Source: the human T2T-CHM13v2.0 reference genome, Homo sapiens. From it: a DNA stretch of 64,000 nucleotides. The stretch is taken from the NCBI RefSeq assembly GCF_009914755.1, contig NC_060941.1; one strand, 5' to 3'. The notes beneath the pieces were generated by a model. The model saw only the letters and a list, made by a program, of their open reading frames with translations. It was not told where the DNA came from and made no database searches. Below, in pieces: positions 20,420 through 35,544 of this stretch (positions are counted from its first letter, which is position 1; each line of letters starts with the position of its first letter). Both the position numbers and the translations under genes were made by a program.

Positions 20420-21825
20420 ACCAAGGAATTATTCTGCTAGGCATATCCCCAACAGAAATATGTCCATATGTTCATCAAAAGACAGGAAAATTTGCTCAAC
20501 ATCATTCTCATTAGAGAATTGTAGGACAAACTCACACGAAGATTCCACTGCACACTTACTAGAATGTTTTAAATCCAGAGGACAAGCTTTTGATAAGTAT
20601 GTAGAGCACTATAATCCTCATATGCTGCTGGTGGGAATATAAAATGGTACAACCACTTTGGAATCCAATTTAGCAGTTTCTTAAAAATGTAAACAACCAC
20701 TTATTATATGACACAGCCCTTTCACCTCACATATTTACCTAATAAAAATGGAAGCATATGTCCCCCCAAAACTTATATATGAATATTTAAAACAGCTTTA
20801 TGTGTAATAACCCACAACTGGTAACAACCCAAACATCCATCAACATGTGAATGATAAACAATAGAATACTACTCAACAATAAAAAAGAACAAATAATTAC
20901 ATACATAAACAGGAATAAATTTCAAAAGTAATTATCCCGAGTAAAAGAATCCAGTCTAAAAACAGCACACGTTGTATGATTCCATCCACATAATATTCTA
21001 GAAAATGCAAATTAGTATCTAGTAAGGGAAATCCAATCAGTGGAAGGCTGGAGACAGTGGTAAGGTGTGGGAAGGACAGGAGGGAGGAATGACAAAAGGA
21101 CAGAAGAAAACATTGATGGGGACTATGAATTTGTTCTCTATCTTGATTGCTGTGATGGTTTCATCCATATATATCCGAACTTATCAAATTGTATAATTTG
21201 GGATAGCACTTGGTTTGAGCTGTTGCGGAGAAAGAGTTTTAGTACTTTTTATTGCTTTTTAGGAACTTATAATTTAGTTGAGATTTAGTTTATTAGCAAT
21301 TTATGCCAATTATAATACAATAAAGCTATTTTAAGGACATGCATTGGAACGTTTACAACAGCTTTATTCATAATAGCCTCGAACTAGAAACAGTATAAAT
21401 GTTCTTCAACAGTAAAATAAATAAATGTTGATTTATATATTTGCAGAATACTATATAGCAATGACAATAAACAAACTGCAGTTACATACAGCAACATGGA
21501 TGATTGTCACAAACATAAAGCTGAGCAAAATAAGTTAGACACAAAAGAATACATAGTGCATGATTTTACATGCAGAAGGATGAAAATATACATGAAATAA
21601 ACCCATGGTGTTAGAAATTAAGAGAGCATTGACTTTTAGGGAAGAAGGAAGGGCATGGTGGCAGGGTAGGATGGGAGCTCCAGGGATGCTGGTGATGCGG
21701 TATTCCCTGGTTCTGGTGATTCATTTATGGTGGTATCCTCTTATCATAATGCACTAAACTGTAAACTTGTGAATTTTCTATTTTTCTATATGTATGCTGT
21801 GCTTTAGTAAATAGGTTTATTTTTT
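20420..21825 (+). mobile_element. Nested old L1M 3' fragments (an L1MB/MC-like piece at ~20485-21330 inside an older L1M)
   Basis: Two L1M 3'-end sequences; the outer element breaks at 'atatgttcatcaaaagaca' and resumes at 'aggacatgcattggaacgtttacaacagctttattcataatagcc'. Confidence 0.65.
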
Positions 21826-22610
21826 AAAGGTTATTACATGGTATGTGATAAAAGGCAGCATTGATTGTGGCTAAACAAATGCCTTAAATGGAGGGGGGAT
21901 GGGAAGCAGTAACATTATTAGGAGGAAGAGCAAAAGAGGTCTAAGGCTGTGTAGCCAGGAGTAGATGCCTAGGCACTTTTGGTTTGACAGACATTTTTCT
22001 ATTCCTACAATGCAAAATGATTTCAAATATATAAATTTTAAAACCTTCCATTTGTTTAGTGCTTTAGAATTTATAGTTTGCATGGTCACAATTCTGCAAG
22101 GATAAGAACTCTGTTAATCCATGCAGAAAGTAGACATTCAGCAAATGTTTACTTGAGTGAATTTAAAACACTTTTACCTTCACTAATTTAATGATTTCTC
22201 ACAAGTGTTCTGTAGATGAGCAGGGTGAGGGTTATTAGTTTCTTTTCATAGAGGGGAAAACCAAAGCCCCTAGGAGCTGAGGCCTCCTGCAGATGGGGGC
22301 AATGGACTGGGTGTGTTTTGAATCCTGGCTGGTGGCCTTTGAGCTCTGTGACCTTGGACAGGGCTGGAACCAAGAGTGCAATTCCCTGCCTTCAGCTGCA
22401 GTCTCCCTCCCTGGCCCAGTCATGAAAGCAAAAATGGGTCAAGTTCTAATTCCCTGATGGAGAGGCACACAATACAAAATTGGTGACCTTTACTATTCCA
22501 AAGGCATGCATACCCTCCCTGTTGAGGACACACAAAGATGCAACAAATTATCTTTGTTTTTATGGATAAAACAGCTCATACAAAATAAAAGTGGGCCATA
22601 CCCTTGAATC

Positions 22611-22634
22611 ACACACACACACACACACACACAC
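22611..22634. repeat. (CA)n microsatellite
   Basis: Direct reading. Confidence 0.9.
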
Positions 22635-24344
22635 CAAGAAGAAGGCCTGAAGGGACAGCAGCCAATCCCTTTGGAAGAACTGAGGGCTGTGTTGCCAGAG
22701 GATGCCCAGGTAGAAGCTAAGTCATGCTGTCCCTGGTGAAAAATTGCTTAGCGTAATTATATCCCCAGAGAATGCAGGCTTCCAGATGGGCCCCAGAGCA
22801 TCCTTTACATACAGTATTTTAGGCCAATAACATGATTCTAATGAAGTAGGAAGGAAGAACAAGAATAATAAAATTAAAAAGTCAAATTTTCATCCTTAAT
22901 CTTGAGGGCTGCAAATAGGATGCGGCTGTGGTTCAGAAGCAGAGAACGGAGAGGTGGGGGAAGAAGCCCATTTTGAAAGCGGCCAGGCGTTCCTAAAATG
23001 GTCCATGACAAGGGTGAACTTTAATCTCAATTTCTGCAGCTTGACCCACATCCCCTTGGAGGAGGACAGAACTTTTCAATGAGGAGGCACCTAGAGGAGG
23101 ATCAGAAAAGTAAATACCAAATTCGTCTGTTTCTCCATCTCTCTTCCACTTGAGAAGTCCTCAGAGGATGTGGCCTTTAGTGGACGTGTTTGTCTGGAGT
23201 TGAAGGAACGGTGCCTGGGGATGAGTCCAGGAGCCCTGGTTGGAGACTTTCCAGCAGGCACATCCTCTCATCTGCAGTGTCCTGCTGATGAAGACTTCAC
23301 ATTCCTCTTGGGCTGCCCCTCATCATCTTGGCATCCCATGGTTCAAATGCCTCTGGAAGACTATTACTTGGAGTTACTCTGATTTATTTATTCAGCGTCT
23401 TCTCTGAGACACATACTAAGTGTCCAAAGATGAACAAAACTGTTTTCTGCCTCTGTCCTCAGTGAGCTCACAGTCGAACACAGGAAGTTGGATGAGGAAA
23501 ATGATTCCTAGGTGTGGTGAGTCCTTCCATAGAGGGACGTGCTTAATGAGACCAGGGGTTGGGAGGAATGTGGACGTGGCACCATCTACCCTTTCCTTCC
23601 AGATCCTGAGAATCTGTGCAGGCCTGTGCCTGGCACCATCACAGCAAACAATCCTGCCTAGCATCCAAAAAGACTCCACCACTCTTCCCCTCCATCCCCT
23701 CTTCTTTACCAACACAGGTAGTAATATTCCCAAAGCACATCCTCCCCATCCCCATGTAAGGCAAACTAAAATACTACCCATGGCCAATGTGAGCCAGAGT
23801 TATGCCAGGGAACAAGACAAGTTCCACAGTAGCTACTTCTACACGAATTAACACTCTTAAAAGAAGATAATTAAAGCTGTAGTCTTCTTTGAAACTGGGA
23901 GCCCCTAATCTCTCTTCTACCTGCTGAGACTATACCAGGAATTCCACCTTTGGGTTCACTGATTTTCAGTCTTTCCCAAGAAGATTAATGGAAAAACTTC
24001 AAGACCACTGACCAAGGCCTCAGGAAGTGTAGGCTGCATCCCCACTGCTACTGTCTGTCTATATGACTTTCGGCAAGTTACTTTCCCTGCATGGACTTCT
24101 GTTTAGTCTTCTGCAGAATGAAGGGATTAAAGAGTTGTTTTATGTTCAGAAGAGGTGAGGCCTTAAGGGTCATAAAGTAACACATCGACAAAGACTAGTT
24201 TACCTCTGGCTGAAAGCAAAATTGGTCCTGCAGGAGAGAAGGGCAGGAAGAAGAAAACTGGGGTAGTTCCTACACAAACAAGGTCACTGACAATTTCTTA
24301 TAACCCTGTATACAGACACCATTCCTCGCATTAAAAGATTAAAT

Positions 24345-24792
24345 GAGTCTCTTTCCCTCAAAACTAGGCTGCCTTGCAAATTGCTTTGCTCAATGGAATA
24401 TGGAGGTAGTATCACCATGCCAGTTTAGAGTATAGGGTTTTGGGGACCAGAAAACTCCCACTTTTGCCCTCTTGGAGTCCTGCACCACAATGTCAAGAGG
24501 CCTGACCACCCTGCTAGAGAGACCAAATGGGGTGCCAGAGATGCCTTTTTAGTTTCCCACTGTTTCAGCCATCTCTCTGCTGGGGCATCAAGCATGTGAA
24601 TGAAACCATATTGAATTTTCAGCCCTAGTTGAGCTCCAGATGTTTACAGTCACATGACCAGGTAAGATGAGCAGAAGAACTTTCCAGCTGAGCCCTAACC
24701 AATTTACCAATTTGCGAGCAAATAAATAGTTGTTATGTTGAGCCACTAAGTGTTTGGACTGGTTTATTACGAAGCAACAGATAACCAAAACA
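24345..24792 (+). mobile_element. Old MLT1-family MaLR LTR
   Basis: MLT1-type 3' end 'aaataaatagttgttatgttgagccactaagtgttt...gaagcaacagataaccaaaaca'. Confidence 0.65.
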
Positions 24793-26022
24793 GGTGCCAG
24801 AGGTAAATGTTATAAGTGACAACCTTACAAAGGCTGGTGACTATAGTTAGAGGTTTGGATTAGGGTTAGGAGCTTTGGGTTGTGCAATAGTACTTGAGAG
24901 AAATTGATCATTGAAAATTTATTTGTTAAAAAGACATTTCATTTTCATGGGATATGTTGTCACAGGAATTAATCAATGCTGGCTGGCCAAGCCCATGCAG
25001 ATGACCTTCTGCCAAGGACTGGAAGCCAGCTTGGTTCCAAACATGGAGGAGGTAAGATTTTTATCCATAAATTCCCAACTTATTTCCATGCTGCCCTCCT
25101 CCCACACCAGTACCTACCCCAACTCTCACTCAAAGGACTAGAGATGAAAAACCATGGAAACGAATGGCTTTGTATAGTACTGAATGGGAAACATAGCAGC
25201 TGGGACTTAGAAAAGCAAAAGCTGTTATGTTGTTAATAACATTTTTATGGGTGATTTTGTTGTCTTTGATTGTAAAAGAAGAGTAATACAAGCTCCAGTT
25301 TGTTCTTTCAGGCCTGGGCGGTAGGCTTCCCTTATAGAACTCCCTGTCTGTTAGATTTACTCCCAGCTGAACCACATATACCTTCAATCCTCTCCCTCCC
25401 AATACTAATCACAAGAGCTACCAATTTTTGAGAACTCTCCATGCCAGCCATTGGGCTACAGAACTTATTTATGCTATCTCATTTAGTCCTTAAAATGAAC
25501 CTTTGAGGACATACTATTCCCATCTTTATAGATTAGAAAACTAAAGGTCAGAGGTATTCATTAATGTCTTATACCTAATAAATGGTACAGCTGATATTTA
25601 AAGTGAGGTCTGCAAGGCCCCAAAGACCATGCACTTAACCATTTCTCCAAACAGAATACAGCTCCCATTACCAGGGCTACCCATTCACACATACATACGT
25701 GTATGTATTCAACATATTCATTTATTCAACATATATATAATGAGCACCTACTTTGTGAAGTAACAAATCATACGTTAATGAACAAGACAGATATCATCTC
25801 AACCTTCATGAAGCCTACAGATTCCTACCGTGACATTCACCATAAACCCTCATTTCACAATGTCCCAAAACCCCCTTTCATATTTTAACCTCCCAGCCCT
25901 TCATCCCTACTTCTAGCCATGATTCTAATATTCTATAACATGGCTCTGACTTTGATCTTTGCTATTCTTAACATGATGTACACCTTTCTCCAAAAAAAAA
26001 AAAAAAAAAAAAAAAAAAAGAC

Positions 26023-26275
26023 TGGAGTATATTGATTACACCAATGGGCCAAATTTCCCACCCCTGATTATATCCATGCCCTTTGCGGCATGACTTTGTG
26101 GTTCTTTCCACAAAGTGTTGGAATCTTTCCATTCCCTGAATCTGGGCTGTTCTGCTGACTTGCTGTGACCAATGGAATGCTGCAGAAGTGACAATGTGCC
26201 AGTTCTGAGCCTGTGTCTCAAGAGCTTTGAATGCATGGGCTCACTCTCTGGTACCTCTGCCTCCACTGTGAGACT
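26023..26275 (+). mobile_element. Old MLT1-family LTR, 5' fragment
   Basis: 'tccatgccctttgc...tgacttgctgtgaccaatggaatgctgcagaagtgacaatgtgccagttctgagcc'. Confidence 0.55.
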
Positions 26276-27501
26276 GCAGCCCTCATAAGTCAGTCAATAT
26301 TCTAGGAACTGAAGATAAACTTGTAAAAGAAACAAGCATGGTCCCCACTCGGACAAAGTTTACACCCTAGTAAATCAATAAATCATAAATGAGAATCCTG
26401 GATTTGCCAGGTCAGAAGGAACCATTATACAACCTCAAATAATGCTTAAACTCCACACCATATCCTCAATAGGGCTTTGGACCCTTTCAAAAACAGGGAG
26501 CTCATTATGAGCTAACACAACAGTTCCAGTTTTTGATGGAACACTCTTGGAGAGATTTTTCTTCTAGTGAACGGAAGCCCATCCATTGGGAGTGTCCACA
26601 CTTTGATTTATGGATATTTCTCAGGGCCACACACAGCATGTCTAACTGCCTGTGTGTTCTGAGTTCTCTCACTTCTAGGATACATCTTCTTCATTCTCTT
26701 AGCTATTTCTAAATGTCATGACTTTGAGACCCCTTGCCATTCTCTCTCCTGAACATGCTACCTTATTTTTCTACATTCTTCTAAAATTTGGTTCGGAGAA
26801 ATAAACTCAAAACTTACCAACTTCTTGTACTACATTCCTCTTGGTGCTTCAGATTCCTTCATTTTAAATTAAAGAAGTTGAACTCGGTAGCTTGCAAGGA
26901 AAGATAGTAGATTGCAATGGAATGAATCCTAGATGCTCAACAGCCTCTCTCTGCTCTGCTTTATTTTCAGCACTGCTGCTGAAGCTGCCTATCTGCCTAT
27001 CATCTCCCAAACCATCTTTACCTGTAAAGTCCTATTGTGCAGTAAAGAGACTTGAAATCAGAAGAACTGGTTCTGAATCCCAGTTCTGGCACTTTACAGC
27101 TAAACGACCTTGGACATATTACATAACTGCTCTATCTCAATTTCTTTATCCATAAATCTAGACCATCACTCCTTTCTTTCCAGCTCACAAGAATTGTGTA
27201 GGTTACAAGAGAGGGCATGGCGTGCTATGTGTGAACACAGTCTTCCATCGGATGTTGTGCAGATAAGAAATGGTATGTTGGTGCTGTCGTGGGAACTATA
27301 GACCAGCAACATAGTGAACACCATTCTATTTATGAAATATATTTATTGATTGACTTGGGGGCTCTGCTTCTCTGTGAAAATTAAATATGATTTTAATAAT
27401 TCCAGAGAACAGACTGTGCGGTAATAATCGTCCCTCCTGATGGGTATATCATGTTTTGTGATGTCCTGAGGTAAGAATGACATTTAGGAATATGTTGTGG
27501 T

Positions 27502-27801
27502 GCCCAGGAGCAGTAGCTCACATCTGTAATCCCAGTACTTTGGGAGGATGAGAGAAGAGGATCACTTGAGCCCAGGAGTTCAAGACTAGCCAGGGCAACA
27601 TAGACTGTCCCTACAAAAAAATTAAAAATTAGCCAAGTGTGGCGGTGCATGCCTGTGGTCCCAGGTGCTGAGGAGGCTAATGTGGGAGGATCACTTGAGC
27701 CCAGGAGATCGAGGCCACAGTGAACCATGGATTGTGTCACTGCACTCCTGCCTTGGGCAACAGAGCAAGACCCTGTCTCAAAACAAACAAACAAACAAAC
27801 A
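27502..27801 (+). mobile_element. AluJ
   Basis: 'ggatcacttgagcccaggag' in both arms; (AAAC)n tail; TSD aggaatatgttgtgg (27486-27500) / agaaatatgttgtag (27802-27816). Confidence 0.93.
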
Positions 27802-30303
27802 AGAAATATGTTGTAGGCAATAGTCCTGGAAGGGGAAACTCCAGGATGGTAGAAGAGCCCTCCTGAGTTGAACTAAGGTCCAAATGGCCCAAGGTTCTGT
27901 CTTGTCCCGTTCCAGGAACAGGCTGCATTCCCTGCTGCACATCTCACCCTTCTCCTGCCCACCCACCACACTGCTCTCACATTGTCCTTCTCTGCTTCCA
28001 CCTCTCCTTGGCTCCAAACTCCTCCATGATCAAGCCCATCCTCCCCAGTGGGGCTCATGAACACCTTGGTCACTCTGGCTTCCCACCTCCCAGTCAGATC
28101 CAATGGTCATGCACTTCTAAACTCCATCCTTTATCAAAACCCACTGTAATATTTCACATCTGCATGATATAAAACATGCAGTTCCTTTCAACTCAAAGTC
28201 CCTCTCTCTGCCTCTATTCATCTGATCAATTCTACTTACCCTTTGAAACTTCAAAACCCTTCAGAGAATCTTCCTCTGACAGGAATCCCAAGCTGATAAT
28301 CTCCAGCAAACCTGCTCCACGGTGGTAATTACTCTCTCCTCTGTGTTCATGTTGGACCTTCAATAAACCCTGTTTCTCACATATTGAAATTCTCTGTTTA
28401 CCTGCCTGACTCCTCAACTGTGAGAGCAGAGTTGAGTCCCCAACTATTTCTGAGTCTCCAGCAACAAGCATGGTTTGGCACATGGAAAATGTTTGAAACA
28501 GATTAGAAGAAGGTATGAGTATATCAAATAAGCAAAGATACTGGAATGATTTTGCATAACAATATTATACTCTGATCCCCATCCCAAAACTGAGCACCAT
28601 TATCTTTCCACATGCCTGAACCTTGGGAGGCAAAGAATAGCCCAAGAAGAAAACAGAGAAAATATAACACAGTCCATCTTCTCTCATGAGACAAGAGTTT
28701 ATGATTGCCAGGAAATGTGTAAATTGCAGCAGAGATTATTTGTCACCACTTCGTGAAAGGGCAGAAAACGGAGCTATTTTTTACAACTTCAAAAGCATGC
28801 ACAGGTTGGGGCTACTGCAGTGGAAATGCCAGGTCTGTTATATGCAGATACATTGAGGTGGCAAAAAGACCTGCTTCTCTGGGGGGTGGGGAGGGGATGT
28901 GAAGGCTGGCACGGTTACTCATAAAGCTGCCTGGCTGCACAAGATTCTTGAAAAATCTCTTCCCACTTAATCAGAATATCAGAATCACAGAACTCAAAGA
29001 TCAGGGTCCTGTGAACATGTTCTGTATTGGAGAATTTCTGTCCGTTTATGGATTTTAATCCTCTAAAAACTGATATCTATTTTTAGTTTCCATCTCATTA
29101 AATACAAAAGACCTTCATTGAACATCTACTCTGTGCTTGATGAAAGGAAGAAGCAACTCTGAATACATCACCCGAACCTCAAGCAGCTTATAGACCACAT
29201 AGGAGCATGTGTAAGTTGTGTTCACAATCACACAACCACTTTAATGCAGAGCAAAAGATGATAAATGAGAAATTCAAAATGTTGTGAGCACTCAGAGGAA
29301 GACAAAAGGAGCACTTTGGAAGGATGAGGCCAAGATGTGGATGGCCAGGGTTTCAGCTCTAGTACCCAGCTCCTCACTATTTCCAGGAAAGGACAGCCTG
29401 CAGATGCCTGAATGCCTGCATGACCACTTCAGATGAAATGGGTTGTGATTGAGGCTTGCAGATAGGTGTTTATTTCCATGAATCAAACCTGCTCTCTCTG
29501 CTGCTGATCTGGAGAAAGAAACACTTCCAGACTTAAGATTCTTTATTGTGCAATTGCTTTCCTGCAACTCTTGGGTGTAGGTTGGTTTGTCCAGAAATGC
29601 CAAATTCCAGAGAACAGCAGAGAAAAAAGAGTGATTTTGCTTGATACTAGCAACATCACAACTAATCCCTTTCTCAAACAAGCTCATGGCAGCAAGCAAA
29701 CTGGTGACGTGTGACTCCTCTTTAATCCTCTTAGCTCATCTCCCTCTAGTGAATCCAAATGTTACCAGTGCCAGGGACTAGCATCCTGGAGCAGGGCTGT
29801 GGTGGAAAATGCACAGGATCTGTTCTCGGAACACTTGGGTGGGTCCTTAGCTCTACCACTTTCAGCTGTGCACCTTTGGGTTAGCCGCAACCTCCCTCAG
29901 CCTGCCTCAATTCCCTCACCTGTAAAATTGGATTGGTGATCTGGGGATCAGAGTAGAAAATGTGTATGAAATTGCCTTACTAATTGCAAAGATAAGTCAG
30001 GACTATCAGTTATTTTCAAATTGTGCATATCCACCCTTCTTAAAAGGCCTGGTGCCCTTCTGAATGGGCATGGAGGTTCATGCCTCCTTTGCTTTTGGAT
30101 TTCCTCAACCTCACACAAGGTCTGACATTTAATGAGCACCTCAGTGCATTCTTGTTAGATTAATAAGTGAACAAATTGCAACATGTTACCCTGGAGGTTA
30201 AGGCTTCTGTCTTCCTTCCAAGCTGAAAGGTAAAGAGAGAAAAATTAATTTACAAAATGTTTGGAATCATCAGCATGAATTCTAAAATAATTAGAATTTT
30301 CTG

Positions 30304-30304
<1 letters not shown>

Positions 30305-30344
<40 letters not shown>

Positions 30345-30381
30345 ACACAGAGAGAGAGAGAGCGAGAGAGCGAGAGAGTGA
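30305..30381. repeat. (CA)n-(GA)n compound microsatellite
   Basis: Direct reading. Confidence 0.95.
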
Positions 30382-31075
30382 GTTTTTTCCTTCTGGTAGC
30401 TGGAAGTCTACATTAAATTTGAAGAACATCTTGCCCTAAAATGGTTTGGCTCCTGGTTATGTGAATATATTTTGCTTAGCACTAAGGGAATAGAGATGGA
30501 TTAGTAGGTCAGATACTTGGTTCTCATTCTTGATTGATTCATCCACTCTTTCATCCATCCATCCATCCCTCCATCCATCCACTCATTCATTCATTCACTC
30601 ACTGGCAACAATTTGTTCCAAAGCACTGACTGTGTGAAAGCTCAGCCTCATTACAAGATGAAAAATGTTGGAGCAGCATTTTGGCTGACAAACCACCACT
30701 GATCCTTCCAGACCTTATTGCCCCTGAGCCAAGAAACATTTGAAATCGTACTACTGCCCCCACATACGGCATTTAGTGCCACCTCTTATCTTCAGTTTGA
30801 TAGTTTCAGGGACCAAAATGCTGAGACTTTCTCCCTTTAGATAACATTCCTGTGACTGGGATATATTGCCACCGGAATCCTCCAAAAATCCCATCTCCGA
30901 AAAGACTGTTCATGGCAAGTGGGAGTCTACACGGAGAATGGCGACGATTACTTTGGACTGTAGAACATGTGACTGGACTGTATACATGCTGCACTTATTG
31001 CCTCCCCACCATCCTTCCACCCTCTTTCTGTGGCTGTACCCAACACAACTGCTCTGTCTTCCTCATCCCTAGTAA

Positions 31076-31501
<426 letters not shown>

Positions 31502-33724
31502 TAGGCTTGGAGGGATAAAATCTCTTCTGCAGTGCTTGCTGTTCCAAGCTGCTCACCACATCCTCTGCCCTTTATTCCACTCCCTTCATGTTCCAACCAC
31601 TGATCAACCCCTAAGAAAAAAAACAAAACATTTCCTTCTTATGCTTTATGCCTCCAAATTTTGTTCTCCCTGGGTTGCTGCCTCTCTCTCAGGCTGGCGG
31701 CTCCATTGTTATTATGATCGTATATTAAGTTTAATGCGTCCACAGGCATTTTACACACTCATAAAAGTCAGGCCCTCTAAGAGCTCCCTGTGCTGAAGAC
31801 ACTGGAAATGCTCTCCCAGGCCTTAGTGCCATTATGGCCTCTGTGCAAAGCTGGGTGGGTGGTGGCTGTTTATTGTTGTCTTTGTAACTCTTGATGATAA
31901 ATACAGCATTTTGAAAAAGATCAAATCATTTCCCAGGTTATAAGCAGAGCTGAAGTGATTACTTCCATATGGGCAACATCCCACAGTATTAAAGATATTA
32001 ATAATAGGTGACCTTTATTGAGTATATACTATATGCCACACTGTGCACTAAACATTTTTACATGCATTAGCCCACATAATCTGCCCAATTAACCTGTGTG
32101 ACAGGTAAGATTTAATTTCAAATAAACATTTGGTAATAAAAGGAAATTGAGAGACAGAGAAATTAGGTACTGAGTTCAAGATCAAAGAGCATAGAGGTGG
32201 AAAAACTGGGATTATTCAAACTCAGGCTGTCTGGCTTCAAAGCCCACCTGCTTAATCATATGCAGGTACTGGCATTTGGAAGAAGTCCATCTTTAAGGTG
32301 GAGGAAACCAAATATAGGTGGGACTAATTGGCAGATATTGTTGGTGTGCTCCTCTGTCTATGAAAGCCATGCCCAGAGTCTTCCTTTCTCAGTCCCTGAC
32401 AAGACTCAGGTACCTATAAGACCTCCATTCTGTACAGGGTTTGTCTTTGTTTTCCCCAGCATAAGAGACAATGGAAAACGAGAGCAAAGGACTCAGACCA
32501 GAGCAGACCTTGTAGAGTGGGAGTCATAAGTACCGCAAACCTGCACAAGAGATGAAAGAGCAGTCAACCGTATGTTCTTTTCATGGAATACTAACTCTGT
32601 AAATAATCTTGCATGTGCTCTAGTCCAGTTTCCTAACAACAGGTACATGGATTGATTAGCCAAATTATTCCCATTGCTTCTCTGTCATAATCAGTGTTTT
32701 CATTACATGCGTCCCTTTCCCTCATTGCTCTTCATTTTCCTCACTCAAGACATCTATGAGCTACAATATCATTTTACCTGGGAGACATTGATGTCAATGA
32801 AGTACGTTTTTGAAGTACAAAGCTCCAAGAGGCTGTTATTTGTCCAGAGCCATGAAACATGTTAATGCAGAGCTTGAATTTCTACTTCCTGGCTCACAGT
32901 ATAGTGCTTTTTTCAAGCAATGAGTGGAGATGTATGGGTACCCTCCTTTCCCAGATTACTTCCATCACAAGGACCAGCTGCTAAACTCATACTGGTAGCA
33001 TCCTACCCAGTACCAGCCTTTCTGAATAGTCTCCCATAGTTCCAATTCACACATACACATTTGCCAGATGGACTTCAAAACATGCCAAAATAGTTATCAT
33101 GTCCTACCCGATATTTGCTCCAACTGCATCCTCAGTCTCATGATCTTTAAATTTACTGCTGACCATGGTGCTAGTCAGAGCAACATAAAAGGACATGCTT
33201 AACCTCAGGGCTGAAGGAGATGACATAGGTGAAGGATAGCACTCACTGATGCATAGAGACTCAGAAAACAGAAAACAAGGTGCTGTTCTAGGAATTTAGC
33301 ATAAAATGGCAACTGAGAGAGACATTATGCATGTCTTCATAGTCTGTCTTCTAGTGAGGAGATAGATGAGCAAGTAACCAAAATGTATCTATTGGGAGGG
33401 CTTCTTGAAGACTTAAAGCACAAGAAGAAAACAATCATGTGAAGAATGGAAGAAGAGAGGTCCATCCAAAGAAATGACTCATCCAAAGGCCCTGCATTTG
33501 GAAAAATCTTGGCATACTTAGCTACCTCTCAGAGAGTCCAGTGGGACTAAAGGACAGGAAGACAGGAGGAGAGAGGAAGAGGATATAAAGTGGCCAGCAG
33601 TTAGATGGTGCAGGACCATTTAAATCATAACATATAGCACAGGCTTCACTCTGTCTGCAGTAGAAAGCCATTAAATTGGTTTAAGCCACAAAGAGACACG
33701 ATTCGATTTATATGTTAAAATAAC

Positions 33725-34385
33725 ATCTTATTATGGAAAATTTCCAACATTTACAAAGTAATCCAAATAATATAACGAACCTTCATGTGTCCATCACCCA
33801 GATTCAACAAATTATCAAAAATTTCCCATTCCTGCATCATTTACAGATCATTTACTCCCTGCCCTCCCACTTGTTTACTGTCTTTTTTACAGTTTTATTT
33901 TCCTCTTTTTGAGGTAAAATTTACTTACAATAAAATGTACAAATCCTAATTTTGACAAATGAAACTCCGATTGTTATCTCAGAACATATTCATCTTCCCA
34001 GAAAGTTCCTTCTTGTTTCCTCTTAATCAATCCCTACCAATTAACCCCCAAGAAACAATGATTGTGCTTGCCTTTTTATCTTAGTTTTGCTTATTCTAAA
34101 AGCTCATATTCATGAAATCACACGGTATTTTCTTGTGTCTTTTACTCAGCATGTTTTTAAAATTCATTTATGTTGTGTGTGTCAGTAGTTTGCTTTTTAA
34201 AAACTGATTAGTATTCCGTTGTATAAATATACAATATGTTTGTCAATTAACTTGCTGATGGACATTTGGATTGTTCCCAATTTTTGGCTAATGTAAATAA
34301 ACCTGCTATGAATGTTGTACAATTATTGCTGTAGACATATGTTTTTGTTATTCTTGGCTAAATACCTAGAAGTAGAATTAATTTA
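33725..34385 (-). mobile_element. Old L1M (L1ME/MC-like) 3' fragment inside an L2 remnant
   Basis: 'gatggacatttggattgttcccaatttttggctaatgtaaataaacctgctatgaat...aaatacctagaagtagaatt'; L2-like sequence on both sides. Confidence 0.6.
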
Positions 34386-35544
34386 CACGTTTTTAAGCAT
34401 TGGGAATAGAGTAGAGGGGGCAGGGATGGTGGCAAGAAAAGCAGTTAAGAGGCTATTACAGTAGTTGAGAAAAGAGACTAGGATGACTTACACTGGGAAG
34501 TAATTGTAGTAAGACTGTCAGGGGACAGATTTGAAATATATATTGATAAATACGGTCAAGAATATTTGCCAGTGAATTAAATGTGAGGGGTGAGAGAAAT
34601 GGAAGAATGGTCTCTAGCTTGAAAAACTGGGTGCCTATTAGGATCTTTTACTGCAATTAAGAAAGTGGAGGAAGAACAATAATTTAGGCAACATCCAAGG
34701 ATTTCCATTTGCAATGGCTGAGGCATGGCAGAGTAGACATTAAGCAGACACATGGAGCCTGCAGCTTGGGAAAGAGGCTGACCCACCATCACCTGGCACA
34801 CAGCTTCTGCACTGCTCAGGTCCTGCCTTCTCCCTAAAATACCTCAACATCTTGTGGAGGGATGGAAAATGGGTTTTGTTTTATGAACCAATTCTGGTAA
34901 TTGGTAATAGCTACCTGTGACACTGTGCAAAGAAAGATTCTGAGACCACATTCTGGGCTGGTAGGTAAGGAGTGCTGTGAGTGGTAAAGCATGTCCTTCT
35001 GGAGCATGGAGTAGCAGTACAATGGAAACAACTCAGATATTTTCTATGCCTGAGAAAATAGAAGTCCACAACCAAATCAACCTAAAAAGTGAAGAATTTG
35101 CTGTGGAATAACTAACTAATTAATAATACAGACAGAAGTCCAAACTGTGCAAATATACAGATTGACCCATATAGGTCAATCTATATTATTTACTTCTCAA
35201 TTTCAACTCCTCTACCAAATAACCTACTGATTCAGTATCCTTCAGGTCCTCAGTAAATGCTTCTGACTTTTCACCTGATCTCCAAATTGCAAAAATCCCA
35301 AAATATGCTGAGTTCCTCATCGTTGGCTGGGATCCTCTCATATCTTGAGGTTAAACAACCCATTCGTGTGAAAACACAGTTCAAAGGATTTCAAACTTTT
35401 AAATACAATGATGAATCATTTAAATACCCTGGGGGAAATGTCAAAGAGTGGATTAGACAGATAATCAATGTATAATAGTTGCCTCTTCTTTTCATTCCCA
35501 ACTGAAGCCATAGGTGAGTTGTTCTCATTATTAATAAAACTATC

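Noticed and set aside
35155-35186. Short hairpin agattgacc-catata-ggtcaatct
   Set aside because: Arms are short and AT-rich; plausible by chance in 64 kb, and too small for a pre-miRNA or MITE
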